Below are positions 28,556 to 37,982 of a stretch of DNA of 64,000 nucleotides, piece after piece (position 1 is the first letter of the stretch; each line of letters begins with the position of its first letter). The notes beneath the pieces are model-generated. The model worked only from the letters and a program-made list of their open reading frames with translations. It was not told the DNA's origin and did not search any database. Source of the DNA: an uncultured Chloroflexia bacterium (lineage in GTDB: Bacteria > Chloroflexota > Anaerolineae > Anaerolineales > UBA4823); NCBI GenBank assembly GCA_963809615.1, contig CAWEKR010000005.1:55865-119864 (forward strand). The letters are read 5' to 3'. Made by a program: the position numbers and the translations under genes.

Positions 28556-29292
28556 GCTTTCTCCGCCAGAACAATCAGGCTTTCACCCATACGGAGAGGA
28601 ATAATACTCCATCCAAGAACAGCTTGCAAGCCCCCGGGCAGACCGAAGAGCAGTTTTTGCAAGGCAGCAGGAACGATGGGAATATAGGGTGCATCCCAAA
28701 AACCATCCGAGAAGACTTTACGCGGCCGGAGACCATGCTCCTGGAGCAGCGCCAGCCACTCATCAGGAGGCTTAAGATTGATGTGGGTGGGATCCTTGTA
28801 GCCGATCCAGGCGTCCTTTTTTAACTTGCGCATAGGCGAATTTAAATTGGGGGTGGCAAGGACGAGCAGCCCGCCCGGCTTCAATATGCGGCTCATCTCT
28901 GAAATTACCCATTCCGGCTGCTTGAGATGTTCCACTACGTGCTTGGCGATGATTATATCGAATACACCCGGCAGAAAGGCACATACCTCGTCTGCCGAAA
29001 GCAACGCAAACTGACCAAGGGGCACATTTTGCCTGGCTCGGGATAATGCCCACGCGTTGATGTCAGTGCCAAAGACCTGGTAACGCTCAGTTAACCAGAC
29101 TAGCAAATGACCCATTCCGCAGCCGAGCTCCAGCACCCTGCCCTGGGGCGGCCCATAGCGGCGGGCTAACCCGGCGTAATAGCGGTTAGACCACCAATAC
29201 TGGCTGTAACGGGCGAAGCTCACCTCAGCGTACGGGCCGGTGGCAAAGTAATCCTGGTTGAATGGATGGTCTTCGGATCCAGATTGGCTCAT
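28552..29292 (-). CDS. class I SAM-dependent methyltransferase
   Basis: Motif I VLELGCGMGH; post-I and motif II pattern DIIIAKHVVEHL...LKPGG. Confidence 0.85.
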   Translation of the reverse strand: MSQSGSEDHPFNQDYFATGPYAEVSFARYSQYWWSNRYYAGLARRYGPPQGRVLELGCGMGHLLVWLTERYQVFGTDINAWALSRARQNVPLGQFALLSADEVCAFLPGVFDIIIAKHVVEHLKQPEWVISEMSRILKPGGLLVLATPNLNSPMRKLKKDAWIGYKDPTHINLKPPDEWLALLQEHGLRPRKVFSDGFWDAPYIPIVPAALQKLLFGLPGGLQAVLGWSIIPLRMGESLIVLAEKA

Positions 29293-29298
29293 GTTCGA

Positions 29299-30087
29299 TC
29301 AAACACTTCTGGCGACGTAGAAGGTGAATGTCCCTTGAGGATCAGGTTGGGCAACCGCATAGCGCCTAACGAGTCGTTCGGTCAGGAATAAATTCCACCG
29401 CCAGGGGGCAATGATCCAGTGTTGGCTGATGGCGTGGGGCAGAAGGGTGGGGGCGCCAAAGTAGTGACCCCATTCCAGAGTGCGCATGGCTTGCGGTGAG
29501 AAATAATGCCACCACCTCTCCAACCTAAAACCTGCACCTTCCAGCCACTCCTGCCACACCTCCGGCCAGGCAGCATGCTGGACGCGCGACATACGTTGAA
29601 ACCAGCGGGTGTACGCCCGCCCTGCTCCGGCCAGCCAGACTTTTTCGAGCATCGCCGGAACGGATAATTCACTCAGGTAGCGTGGGTTGGGTACACAGAA
29701 CAGGAAGGGTGATCCGGGTTTGAGCACGCGCCTGAGGTCAGACAGCACCGCCTGCACCTGGGGGATATGCTCCAGGACCGAGTTGCTGACGGCGCTCGAA
29801 AAGTACCCACCGGTGAAGGGCATCCTCCTGCCATCAGCCTGCACGAGGGATTGGTAGCCACCGTTGCGCCTCGCCTGGTGAATGGGACCTGCCCAGGGGT
29901 CTAATCCCACTTCCAGCTTACGATCGAAGGCTATGCTGCCAAAATGTCCATCGCCACAGCCCAAGTCGAGCGTCGGTGCGGGTAACTCGAACTCCTGGTA
30001 GAACTGGGCTTCCACCGCTCTCAGCATGGCGCGAAAATAGGGCAGGTCGCGCAAGTTCAGCCAGAGAAAATCTTTGTCGTTGGTCAT
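29299..30087 (-). CDS. class I SAM-dependent methyltransferase
   Basis: Motif I LDLGCGDGHF; SNSVLEHI...LKPGS pattern. Confidence 0.85.
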   Translation of the reverse strand: MTNDKDFLWLNLRDLPYFRAMLRAVEAQFYQEFELPAPTLDLGCGDGHFGSIAFDRKLEVGLDPWAGPIHQARRNGGYQSLVQADGRRMPFTGGYFSSAVSNSVLEHIPQVQAVLSDLRRVLKPGSPFLFCVPNPRYLSELSVPAMLEKVWLAGAGRAYTRWFQRMSRVQHAAWPEVWQEWLEGAGFRLERWWHYFSPQAMRTLEWGHYFGAPTLLPHAISQHWIIAPWRWNLFLTERLVRRYAVAQPDPQGTFTFYVARSV

Positions 30088-30096
30088 AATAAAGGC

Positions 30097-30208
30097 GATC
30101 AGGTAATTGGGTTACCAGGTAATCAGGTGATTAGGTGATTATTATCGAGAAACTCACAGCGTGCACATGGGGACGCTGCAGGCTTCGATATCCGGTAATC
30201 AGGTGATT
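30097..30208. repeat. array of AGGTRATY octamers, including a perfect 15-nt direct repeat
   Basis: GGTAATCAGGTGATT occurs at 30118-30132 and again at 30194-30208. Octamers AGGTAATT (30101), AGGTAATC (30117), AGGTGATT (30125, 30133, 30201) and CGGTAATC (30193) lie in the 164-bp gap between the GT4 stop and the methyltransferase start. Confidence 0.75.
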
Positions 30209-30251
30209 GGGCGATGTGGTAAAAAGGCATAGTCGATGATTGAGGCATCAC

Positions 30252-31418
30252 TTACCTGCTAATGTTTCCACTTTTTAACACCGCTTGAAAAAGAGCCTCA
30301 TATTGTTCGGCGATGTGATCGGATGAAAAACTGGTGATCACTTTATTTACATCGCCCTTATAGCTCGCCGGGTGATCGAGGACTTCGTTAATCCCATCAG
30401 CCAGGGCATGGGCATCCGCCGGTGGGACGAGGCGTCCCATCCCGGTAAGCTTAACCGGCTCACGCACGCCGGGGATGTTGGAGACCACCACGGGTGTGCC
30501 GCTGGCCATGGATTCCACCTGCACGATGCCAAACGACTCGGTGCTGTTGGTACTGGGTAAGACGGTCACATCACACAGCTGGTACAGGGCAGACAGCTCG
30601 GCTGCGGGTAAAATCCCCAGGAACGTCCAATGGTCTCCCAGTGCCTCGATCATCGGCCTCAGTTTATTAGCATACTCTTCCTCACCCAACACGTTCTGGT
30701 ACTGCCCGACGTGCAGCACCCGTGCAGTGGGGTGTGCCTTTATAATCTCAGGCATCGCTTCCACCAGGTATTCGACCCCTTTCTCAGCTGCCAGGCGCGC
30801 CACCATCCCAATGACGGGCTGCCCGGGCTCCAACCTGATCTTTTGCTTCAACCTATCCACATCAGCCTGGGTTGACGATTCCAGCTCGACCGGAGTGGGG
30901 ATTGCCCCGATTTTGGGGAGGTAGCGGCGTAAAAATGCAGATTGTTCCGCATAATCGAGGGTATTCACCACCACGCGGTTGGATAAACCCAAGGAGATAT
31001 TATTCGCCAGGTGCGAAACCTGGTTGGCAATCGAGTGGATAAATCCCTTGGGCAGGAGCAAGTCACAGTGATAGGTGAGCACAACCGGCTTATGCAGCAA
31101 CCGGCTGATCAGGGCGATATAGGCAGCATCCAGCTGGGGCAGGTGCAGGTGGACGATATCGGCATGACGTATACATTTCCAGGCCCAAAAGAACATCGTC
31201 GGCATGAGCACACCCTTGCTGACGTGTGCCAGCACGCGTGGGCGGATAACCTGCACCCCATCCCGGTCTTCCCGGGCAGGCAGAGTTCGGTCGTAGCGCG
31301 AGGTCAGTACCGTCACCTGGTGCCCGCGTCTCAGCATGGCGCGCGCCAGCCTCTCGGCATAGATGGTTAACCCCGAATAATGCGGGCGGTAATAGGTAAG
31401 GGTGGTTAGAATGCGCAT
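30252..31418 (-). CDS. glycosyltransferase family 4 (GT-B fold)
   Basis: N-terminal MRILTTLTYYRPHYSGL; C-terminal ESFGIVQVESMASGTPVV (EX7E-type motif). Confidence 0.9.
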   Translation of the reverse strand: MRILTTLTYYRPHYSGLTIYAERLARAMLRRGHQVTVLTSRYDRTLPAREDRDGVQVIRPRVLAHVSKGVLMPTMFFWAWKCIRHADIVHLHLPQLDAAYIALISRLLHKPVVLTYHCDLLLPKGFIHSIANQVSHLANNISLGLSNRVVVNTLDYAEQSAFLRRYLPKIGAIPTPVELESSTQADVDRLKQKIRLEPGQPVIGMVARLAAEKGVEYLVEAMPEIIKAHPTARVLHVGQYQNVLGEEEYANKLRPMIEALGDHWTFLGILPAAELSALYQLCDVTVLPSTNSTESFGIVQVESMASGTPVVVSNIPGVREPVKLTGMGRLVPPADAHALADGINEVLDHPASYKGDVNKVITSFSSDHIAEQYEALFQAVLKSGNISR

Positions 31419-31469
31419 GGCAATAACAATGACGATGATTGAAGGGTAATTGTTTCTACCATCCCGGGG

Positions 31470-32543
31470 CTATGACTCTCCTTCAGAACTCATCTTTCCC
31501 AGGCGGGTATACATACTGGATAAGGATTCGCCGTCCTTATACAGCCCATAACCGCCAATCAAACCGGTGATGACGTAGCTGGTAATATGGACACAGACCG
31601 CGAACGCTGCAGCAGTAGAGACGTCTGCTCCAAGCACCACCAGCGCGCCCACCAATACAGCTTCGAATACACCGATCGCTCCTGGCGATGATGGCACGGC
31701 GATCCCGAGCGCACCCACTCCCAGGGCAAAAATCACCCACAACAGGCTCGGGGATGGGAAGAATGCCCGCAGGAACAGGTAATACTGCAGGAAAGCCACC
31801 AGCCAGTTAATTGTTTCCCAACCCAAGGCTTGCAGGAACAATTTCCCATCCGTCAAGATACCTAGACCGTCAAAAAAGGCCGCTGCACGCCGCCCGGTGA
31901 TCTTTTTCACCACGCTCCAGCGTTCACCGGCCGTGTCGATCCATTCGAGCAGCCACTTACGGTTGCGCGCCAGGCTATACATGGCGATTAAACCCATGAT
32001 GACTATAATTCCAATCCCAATGGAAGCTTGCGTTGCCAATGATATCCCAATCACAAATGGAATCGTGCTTAAGAAAATCCCAACGGCAAACACCAGGTCA
32101 AGGGCACGTTCGACCAAAATGGAGGGGATGACCTGCCAGAATTCCAGTTTTGCTTTTTGCCCGATCAAGAACGCCCGCCCGATCTCACCCAGGCGGAATG
32201 GCAGGATATTATTGAGCAGGTAGCCCTCGTTGACTGTAATAAACGCATCATGATAGGAAGCTTTATTTTGCAGCAGGGTGCGCCAGAAGGCTCCCCGCAC
32301 CACCAGCCAAAGGATCTCTGATAATACTCCCAGCAGCAAGAACAGCAGGTCAGCCTGCTTGATTGCAAGCATAAACTTTTGCAGGTCAAGCAGCGAGAAT
32401 ATGATAGCCAGGGCTGTCACGCTGATAATCAAGCCCGGCAGGATGCGTTTCCAGTTATTCTTGCTTGGAGCGATGGCGATCTTACTCCTCCCCGATGCGC
32501 AAAACCGCCAGGAATGCCTCCTGGGGGATTTCAACATTCCCAA
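31470..32543 (-). CDS. flippase-like / lysylphosphatidylglycerol-synthase TM-region (UPF0104) family membrane protein
   Basis: About 8 TM helices with a basic N-terminus [11 protein letters not shown]. The ATG at 32543 would overlap the lepA 3' end by 62 nt, so the start is uncertain; TTG at Leu38 is an alternative. Confidence 0.55.
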   Translation of the reverse strand: MGMLKSPRRHSWRFCASGRSKIAIAPSKNNWKRILPGLIISVTALAIIFSLLDLQKFMLAIKQADLLFLLLGVLSEILWLVVRGAFWRTLLQNKASYHDAFITVNEGYLLNNILPFRLGEIGRAFLIGQKAKLEFWQVIPSILVERALDLVFAVGIFLSTIPFVIGISLATQASIGIGIIVIMGLIAMYSLARNRKWLLEWIDTAGERWSVVKKITGRRAAAFFDGLGILTDGKLFLQALGWETINWLVAFLQYYLFLRAFFPSPSLLWVIFALGVGALGIAVPSSPGAIGVFEAVLVGALVVLGADVSTAAAFAVCVHITSYVITGLIGGYGLYKDGESLSSMYTRLGKMSSEGES

Positions 32544-34284
32544 CCATCTTCATGCGCTTCTTGCCCCGCTTTTGCTTTTCGAGCAGCTTCTTCTTACGCG
32601 AGATATCTCCGCCATAGCACTTGGCGAGCACATCCTTACGTATGGGTTTGATATTCGCCCGTGAGATCACCCGCCCAGCAGCATACGCCTGGATGGGGAC
32701 GAGAAACAGCTGGCGGGGGATGAGCTCTTTAAGCTTGGTGATCACCGCCTGCCCCTTGTGGTAAGCATCATTGCGGTGGACGATGGTCGCCAGCGCATCC
32801 AACGGTTCTTCATTAACCAGGATCTCCAGCTTGACCAGGTCATCCGGGCGGTACTCGGCGAACTGGTAATCCAACGAGGCATAGCCGCGCGTGCGTGATT
32901 TCAACAGGTCGAAGAAGTCAACGATCAGCTCGGAGAGTGGGATTTGGTAATTGAGCTGCACCCGGTTGGGGGCAGGATAATCCTGTGAGATGAACACCCC
33001 ACGTTTTTTCTTGGTAAGCTCCATGATCGTGCCAAAGAATTCCGTCGGGCTGAAAATCTCGATGTTCATCCAGGGTTCACGGATTTGTTCGATCAGCATC
33101 TCGTCTGGCAAGTCGGCTGGCGAGTCGATCAAGATAGTCTGGCCGGTGTGCAGCACCACCTCATATTCAACCGAGGGGCTGGTGACGATGATATCCAGGT
33201 TGTACTCGCGCTCCAGGCGTTCCTGAATGATCTCCATGTGGAACAAGCCCAGGAAACCGCAACGGAACCCGAAGTTGAGCGCCTGGGAGGTCTCCGGCTC
33301 GAACACCAGGGAGGCATCGTTAAGCTGAAGCTTATCCAGGGCATCCTTCAGGTTGGCGTAATCTTCACCTTCCACCGGGTACACCCCGGCAAACACCATC
33401 GGCTTGACCTTGCGGTAGCCCGGCAGCGGGGTTTCAGCCGGGTTGGCGGTGTTGGTGATCGTATCCCCTACCCGGCACTCGTGGACGGTCTTTAGCCCGG
33501 TGGCAATGTAACCCACCTCGCCTGCCACCAGGTCTTGCACCGGGCGCAGGTCGGGGGCGAAAATACCAATCTCAACCGGCTTGACGTCAAAACCGGTCGC
33601 CATCAGGTGCAGTATATCGGTGTGGTGGATCCTTCCATCCATCAAGCGCACGTACGCCACCACCCCTTTATAAGAATCGTAGTGCGAGTCGAAGATGAGC
33701 GAGCGCAAGGGGGCATCTTCATCCCCTTTCGGGAACGGGATTTCCTTGACGATGACTTCCAGCACCGCCTCGATGTTGGTGCCTTCCTTGGCGGAAATGC
33801 GGATGACCTCGCCCGGAGGCATGCCTAGCAGATTGCTGATATCCTGCGCCACCTCGTCTGGGCGGGCAGACGGCAGGTCGATCTTGTTGATGATGGGGAT
33901 GATCTCCAGGTCGGCTTCCAGGGCACTGTACAGGTTCGCCAGCGTCTGGGCTTCAATCCCCTGGCTGGCGTCCACCACCAGCAGCGCGCCTTCGCAAGCT
34001 TCCAGGGCGCGGCTCACTTCATAACCGAAGTCGACGTGCCCAGGGGTATCAATCAGGTTCAGCTCGTATTTTTCCCCGTCTTTAGCCGTATAGCTCATGC
34101 GCACGGCGGAAGCTTTGATGGTGACGCCTTTTTCGCGTTCGAGATCCATGCTGTCCAGGATCTGCTCGGTGGTGTCACGGTCAGGCACCGTGCCGGTGAG
34201 GTGAAGCAAACGGTCTGCCAGGGTCGACTTACCGTGATCGATATGGGCAATGATGCAAAAGTTGCGAATATGTTCCGAGGTCAT
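32482..34284 (-). CDS. lepA: translation elongation factor 4
   Basis: [23 protein letters not shown]1 motif, [13 protein letters not shown], and the LepA-specific C-terminal domain. Confidence 0.97.
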   Translation of the reverse strand: MTSEHIRNFCIIAHIDHGKSTLADRLLHLTGTVPDRDTTEQILDSMDLEREKGVTIKASAVRMSYTAKDGEKYELNLIDTPGHVDFGYEVSRALEACEGALLVVDASQGIEAQTLANLYSALEADLEIIPIINKIDLPSARPDEVAQDISNLLGMPPGEVIRISAKEGTNIEAVLEVIVKEIPFPKGDEDAPLRSLIFDSHYDSYKGVVAYVRLMDGRIHHTDILHLMATGFDVKPVEIGIFAPDLRPVQDLVAGEVGYIATGLKTVHECRVGDTITNTANPAETPLPGYRKVKPMVFAGVYPVEGEDYANLKDALDKLQLNDASLVFEPETSQALNFGFRCGFLGLFHMEIIQERLEREYNLDIIVTSPSVEYEVVLHTGQTILIDSPADLPDEMLIEQIREPWMNIEIFSPTEFFGTIMELTKKKRGVFISQDYPAPNRVQLNYQIPLSELIVDFFDLLKSRTRGYASLDYQFAEYRPDDLVKLEILVNEEPLDALATIVHRNDAYHKGQAVITKLKELIPRQLFLVPIQAYAAGRVISRANIKPIRKDVLAKCYGGDISRKKKLLEKQKRGKKRMKMVGNVEIPQEAFLAVLRIGEE

Positions 34285-34308
34285 TGACGCGGCATAGTAT
34301 AACCGATT

Positions 34309-35160
34309 TTAACTAATGGAAGACCTACCGCTTGATTGGCTCCCATTGACGTCTCCCAAGGCGGCCGCATCAACCAGCTTGTCGATGGAGGCAGATTGCC
34401 CGCCCGAAGCTTCAAGCCAGGCCAGGAATTCCACGTTTCCCTTGGGTCCGGTCAGCGGTGAGCGGAGCAACCCAAGCACGGCATACCCGAGCACCTGGGC
34501 GGTGCTTAGAATATCCACCAACACCTGGTGGTGGATCAGCGGGTCGCGGATCACGCCTTTACCACGCCCCACCTGCTGGCGGCCGGCTTCAAACTGCGGT
34601 TTGATCAGCGCGATGACTGCGCCTTTTGTGCTCTGACCGTCATGTTCTTCTTTTGATAACCAACTAATGACCACCGGCAGCAGGATCTTTAACGAAATGA
34701 ATGACACATCCAGGCTGACGACCTGTACCGGCTCCGGCAGGCCTGTGACGTAGCGGGCATTGGTACCCTCCATCACCACCACGCGCGGGTCGCGGCGCAG
34801 CTTCCAATCCAGGATCCCATGACCCACGTCGATGGAATACACCCTGGCGGCGCCGTGCTGCAGCAGGCAGTCGGTGAAGCCTCCGGTTGATGCACCAACA
34901 TCGGCGCAAACCCGCCCCTCGATGGTGATATTAAAAGCCTGCAATGCGGCTTCCAGCTTCTCACCGCCGCGCGAGACGAACCGCGGCCCATGCTCCACTT
35001 CCAGCTGAACATCCCGGGGCACATTGGCTGCCACTCGAAGCACTACTTCACCATTCACCCGCACCTGTCCTGCCATGATCAAGCGCTGCGCCAGCGAGCG
35101 GCTCTCCGCCAGCTCGCGTTCCACCAATAGCAAATCCAGGCGAATTTTCATCACCTGCAT
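34309..35160 (-). CDS. tlyA: TlyA-family rRNA (cytidine-2'-O)-methyltransferase
   Basis: S4-like N-terminus RLDLLLVERELAESRSLAQRLI and FtsJ-type motif DVGASTGGFTD. The start may instead be the ATG three codons downstream (MKIRLD). Confidence 0.9.
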   Translation of the reverse strand: MQVMKIRLDLLLVERELAESRSLAQRLIMAGQVRVNGEVVLRVAANVPRDVQLEVEHGPRFVSRGGEKLEAALQAFNITIEGRVCADVGASTGGFTDCLLQHGAARVYSIDVGHGILDWKLRRDPRVVVMEGTNARYVTGLPEPVQVVSLDVSFISLKILLPVVISWLSKEEHDGQSTKGAVIALIKPQFEAGRQQVGRGKGVIRDPLIHHQVLVDILSTAQVLGYAVLGLLRSPLTGPKGNVEFLAWLEASGGQSASIDKLVDAAALGDVNGSQSSGRSSIS

Positions 35161-35244
35161 ATCTTAACCCAGATTCTAGTGAAGACAATACCGATTCTCC
35201 TTTACTGAATTGTGGATTCTCAGGTAAACTAAGATGAGTAGACT

Positions 35245-36132
35245 ATGTCGATTGCCTGGGTAAAACCCCTGCTCAAGACCATGCGCCCCCGCCAGTGGGT
35301 GAAAAACGGACTACTGTTCATCCCCATCGTTTTCGATAAACAGCTGACCAACTGGCCCGCGCTTGCCCGCACCGTTGCAGGTTTTATCCTGTTCTGTTTG
35401 CTCTCCAGCGTCATTTACATCATCAATGACCTGGTGGACCTGGAAGCTGACCGGGTGCACCCGCTTAAAAAGCTGCGCCCACTGGCCTCCGGCTCATTGA
35501 AAATATCGACCGCCAAAACAGCCGGAATCGTGCTCACGGTGGCCATCTTCATCCCTGCGACCCTGTTATCTTTAGAGTTCGCCATGATTGGACTGGCTTA
35601 CCTGGTGCTCAACCTGGCTTACTCAGCCTGGCTCAAGCATGCTCCCATCCTGGATGTGATGATCCTCGCCAGCTTCTACGTTTTACGCGTGGCCGCCGGG
35701 GTCTCACTCATTTCCGTCCACCGCTTCTCTCCCTGGCTGTATGTATTCACCACTTTTCTGGCGCTGTACCTGGGGATTGGCAAGCGGCGCGCCGAGCTGA
35801 GCCTGCTGGCAGGAGAAGCCAATACTCATCGCAAGTCATTGGGGGAATATACCCTGCCGCTGCTCGACCAGCTGATCCTGATCGTATCCAGCAGCACCAT
35901 CATCACCTACAGCCTGTATACCTTTTCAGCTCCCAACCTGCCTGCGAACGATGTAATGATGCTGACCATTCCCTTTGTGCTCTATGGCATCTTCCGCTAC
36001 CTCTACCTCCTGCAGGTGAAACATTACGGGGGTGAGCCTGAGGAGGTGCTTCTGACTGATCGACCGCTCCAAGTAACCATCCTGCTGTGGATGCTCTCCG
36101 TGTTGGTCATTTTTTATCTCATCCCCGCTTAG
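35245..36132 (+). CDS. UbiA-family prenyltransferase, decaprenyl-phosphate phosphoribosyltransferase-like
   Basis: N-terminal MRPRQWVKNGLLF, aspartate-rich NDLVDLEADRVHP (NDxxDxxxD), and about 8 TM helices. Confidence 0.75.
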   Translation: MSIAWVKPLLKTMRPRQWVKNGLLFIPIVFDKQLTNWPALARTVAGFILFCLLSSVIYIINDLVDLEADRVHPLKKLRPLASGSLKISTAKTAGIVLTVAIFIPATLLSLEFAMIGLAYLVLNLAYSAWLKHAPILDVMILASFYVLRVAAGVSLISVHRFSPWLYVFTTFLALYLGIGKRRAELSLLAGEANTHRKSLGEYTLPLLDQLILIVSSSTIITYSLYTFSAPNLPANDVMMLTIPFVLYGIFRYLYLLQVKHYGGEPEEVLLTDRPLQVTILLWMLSVLVIFYLIPA

Positions 36133-36153
36133 CCGCCCCTCCAGGTAAGAAAG

Positions 36154-37101
36154 ATGCCTGCATTTTCTGCCTCTGCACCCGGAAAAGTGATCCTGTTCGG
36201 CGAACATGCCGTGGTATATGGTCGCCCGGCAATCGCCGCCCCCGTCTCACAGGTTCGGGCGAAAGCCATTGTCATCGCCGAGCCGAAAAGCCCGTCTGGG
36301 ATGGTAAGACTGATTGCTCCAGATATCGGGCTGGAAACGACCCTGGCATTCCTTCCGGAAGATCACCCGCTGGCAGTGGTAATCCATAAAGCTGTCATCG
36401 CCATGAAGATAAACCATATCCCTGCGTGCAGCATCCATATTACCTCCACCATTCCCATTGCAGGTGGGATGGGCTCGGGAGCGGCGGTCTCCGCGGCGGT
36501 TCTGCGCGCCCTATCAGCCTCAGTGGGTCACCCCCTCAGCGACCGACAGATCTCTGATTTGGTTTATGAAGCGGAGCGTATCTATCACGGTACTCCCTCG
36601 GGGATTGATAATACCGTCATCACCTTTGCCAGGCCGGTGTATTTCGTCAAAGGAAAACCGATCGAGATCCTGAAAGTTAAGCGCCCGTTCACTTTGGTCA
36701 TCGCCGATACCGGTGTCCGCAGCCCGACGACTGTTGCCGTGACCGATGTTCGAATGGCTTGGGAAGCCAACACCGAACAGTTTGAGCAGCTATTCGATGC
36801 CGCCGGAGCGATTGCACTTTCTGCCTGTAAAGCCATCGAATCCGGCAAGGTTGAGGCGCTTGGACCCCTGATGAATGAAAACCAGGCCTTGCTGCGCCAG
36901 ATGGGCGTCTCATCCACCGAGCTGGAAAGCCTGGTCAAGGCAGCCCTATCAGCGGGCGCCATGGGTGCCAAGCTCTCTGGCGCCGGGCGCGGAGGAAGTA
37001 TGATTGCCCTGGTGGTACCCGAGGGATCCAACCAAGTCACCAAAGCGCTACTCGGGGCTGGCGCGGTGGGCACGATCGTAACGGAGGTCGGCAAGCCATG
37101 A
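36154..37101 (+). CDS. mvk: mevalonate kinase
   Basis: APGKVILFGEHAVVYG and the GHMP motif GMGSGAAVSAA. Confidence 0.9.
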   Translation: MPAFSASAPGKVILFGEHAVVYGRPAIAAPVSQVRAKAIVIAEPKSPSGMVRLIAPDIGLETTLAFLPEDHPLAVVIHKAVIAMKINHIPACSIHITSTIPIAGGMGSGAAVSAAVLRALSASVGHPLSDRQISDLVYEAERIYHGTPSGIDNTVITFARPVYFVKGKPIEILKVKRPFTLVIADTGVRSPTTVAVTDVRMAWEANTEQFEQLFDAAGAIALSACKAIESGKVEALGPLMNENQALLRQMGVSSTELESLVKAALSAGAMGAKLSGAGRGGSMIALVVPEGSNQVTKALLGAGAVGTIVTEVGKP

Positions 37102-37901
37102 GATCAAGCCTGGTCATGCTCAAATTGGGCGGCTCATTGATCACCGTGAAGGACCAACCACACACCCCGCGCCTGGATGTGATTGAGCGGCTGGGGCGAG
37201 AAATCGCGGCTGCTCGTGCCGCAGACCCCGACCTTCAGGTCCTGCTGGGTCACGGTTCCGGCTCTTACGGGCACGTCCCGGCGAGTCTTTACCACACCCG
37301 CCTGGGGGTGAAAACGGTTGAAGAATGGCACGGGTTCGTCGAGGTATGGCGCCAGGCAGCTGAGCTAAACCACCTGGTGATGGAAGTGATGGGGAATACC
37401 GGTCTCCCAGCGTTCGCTTTCCCGCCCTCTGCGGCAGTCACGACCTCCGGAGGAAAGGTAGTCACGTGGAGCCTGGGACCTCTAAAAAACGCCATACTCA
37501 ATGGGCTGGTGCCGGTGGTATTCGGCGATGTGGTCTTCGACCAGGTGTTGGGTGGGACCATTTTATCCACCGAAGACCTGTTCGCCCACCTGGCGGGTAA
37601 GCTGCACCCCACCCGGCTGCTGTTTGCGGGGAGGGAGCCCGGGGTGTGGAAGAATTTCCCGGCAAACACCCAGCTGCTACCTGAGATCACCCCATCCAGC
37701 TTCGCCCAGATCGAAGCGGGGCTGAAGGGTTCGGCTGCCACGGATGTAACCGGCGGTATGCTCGGCAAAGTCCGCCAGGTGCTATCAATGGTCAGCCAGC
37801 TGCCCGGGTTGCGCGCCTCCATCTTTTCGGGAGAAACGAACGATAACGTCCGCCGGTCTCTCACCGGAGAAGAGCTGGGAACAGTGCTATATGCCTCCTA
37901 G
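37098..37901 (+). CDS. isopentenyl phosphate kinase (amino-acid-kinase fold)
   Basis: LKLGGSLIT...LLGHGSGSYGH pattern. ATGA overlap with the mvk stop suggests translational coupling. Confidence 0.8.
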   Translation: MRSSLVMLKLGGSLITVKDQPHTPRLDVIERLGREIAAARAADPDLQVLLGHGSGSYGHVPASLYHTRLGVKTVEEWHGFVEVWRQAAELNHLVMEVMGNTGLPAFAFPPSAAVTTSGGKVVTWSLGPLKNAILNGLVPVVFGDVVFDQVLGGTILSTEDLFAHLAGKLHPTRLLFAGREPGVWKNFPANTQLLPEITPSSFAQIEAGLKGSAATDVTGGMLGKVRQVLSMVSQLPGLRASIFSGETNDNVRRSLTGEELGTVLYAS

Positions 37902-37982
37902 CATACAAGCCCGGCTCATAAGACGGGTTATAATATGGTTCGGATAAATTAAGTCTGAAAAGACTATTCACAGAGCGGGAAT

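Noticed and set aside
32482-32543. The 62-nt overlap between the lepA 3' end and the flippase-like gene as a programmed overlap or frameshift site.
   Set aside because: It is more simply explained by an uncertain start codon for the downstream gene. No slippery sequence or structure is evident.
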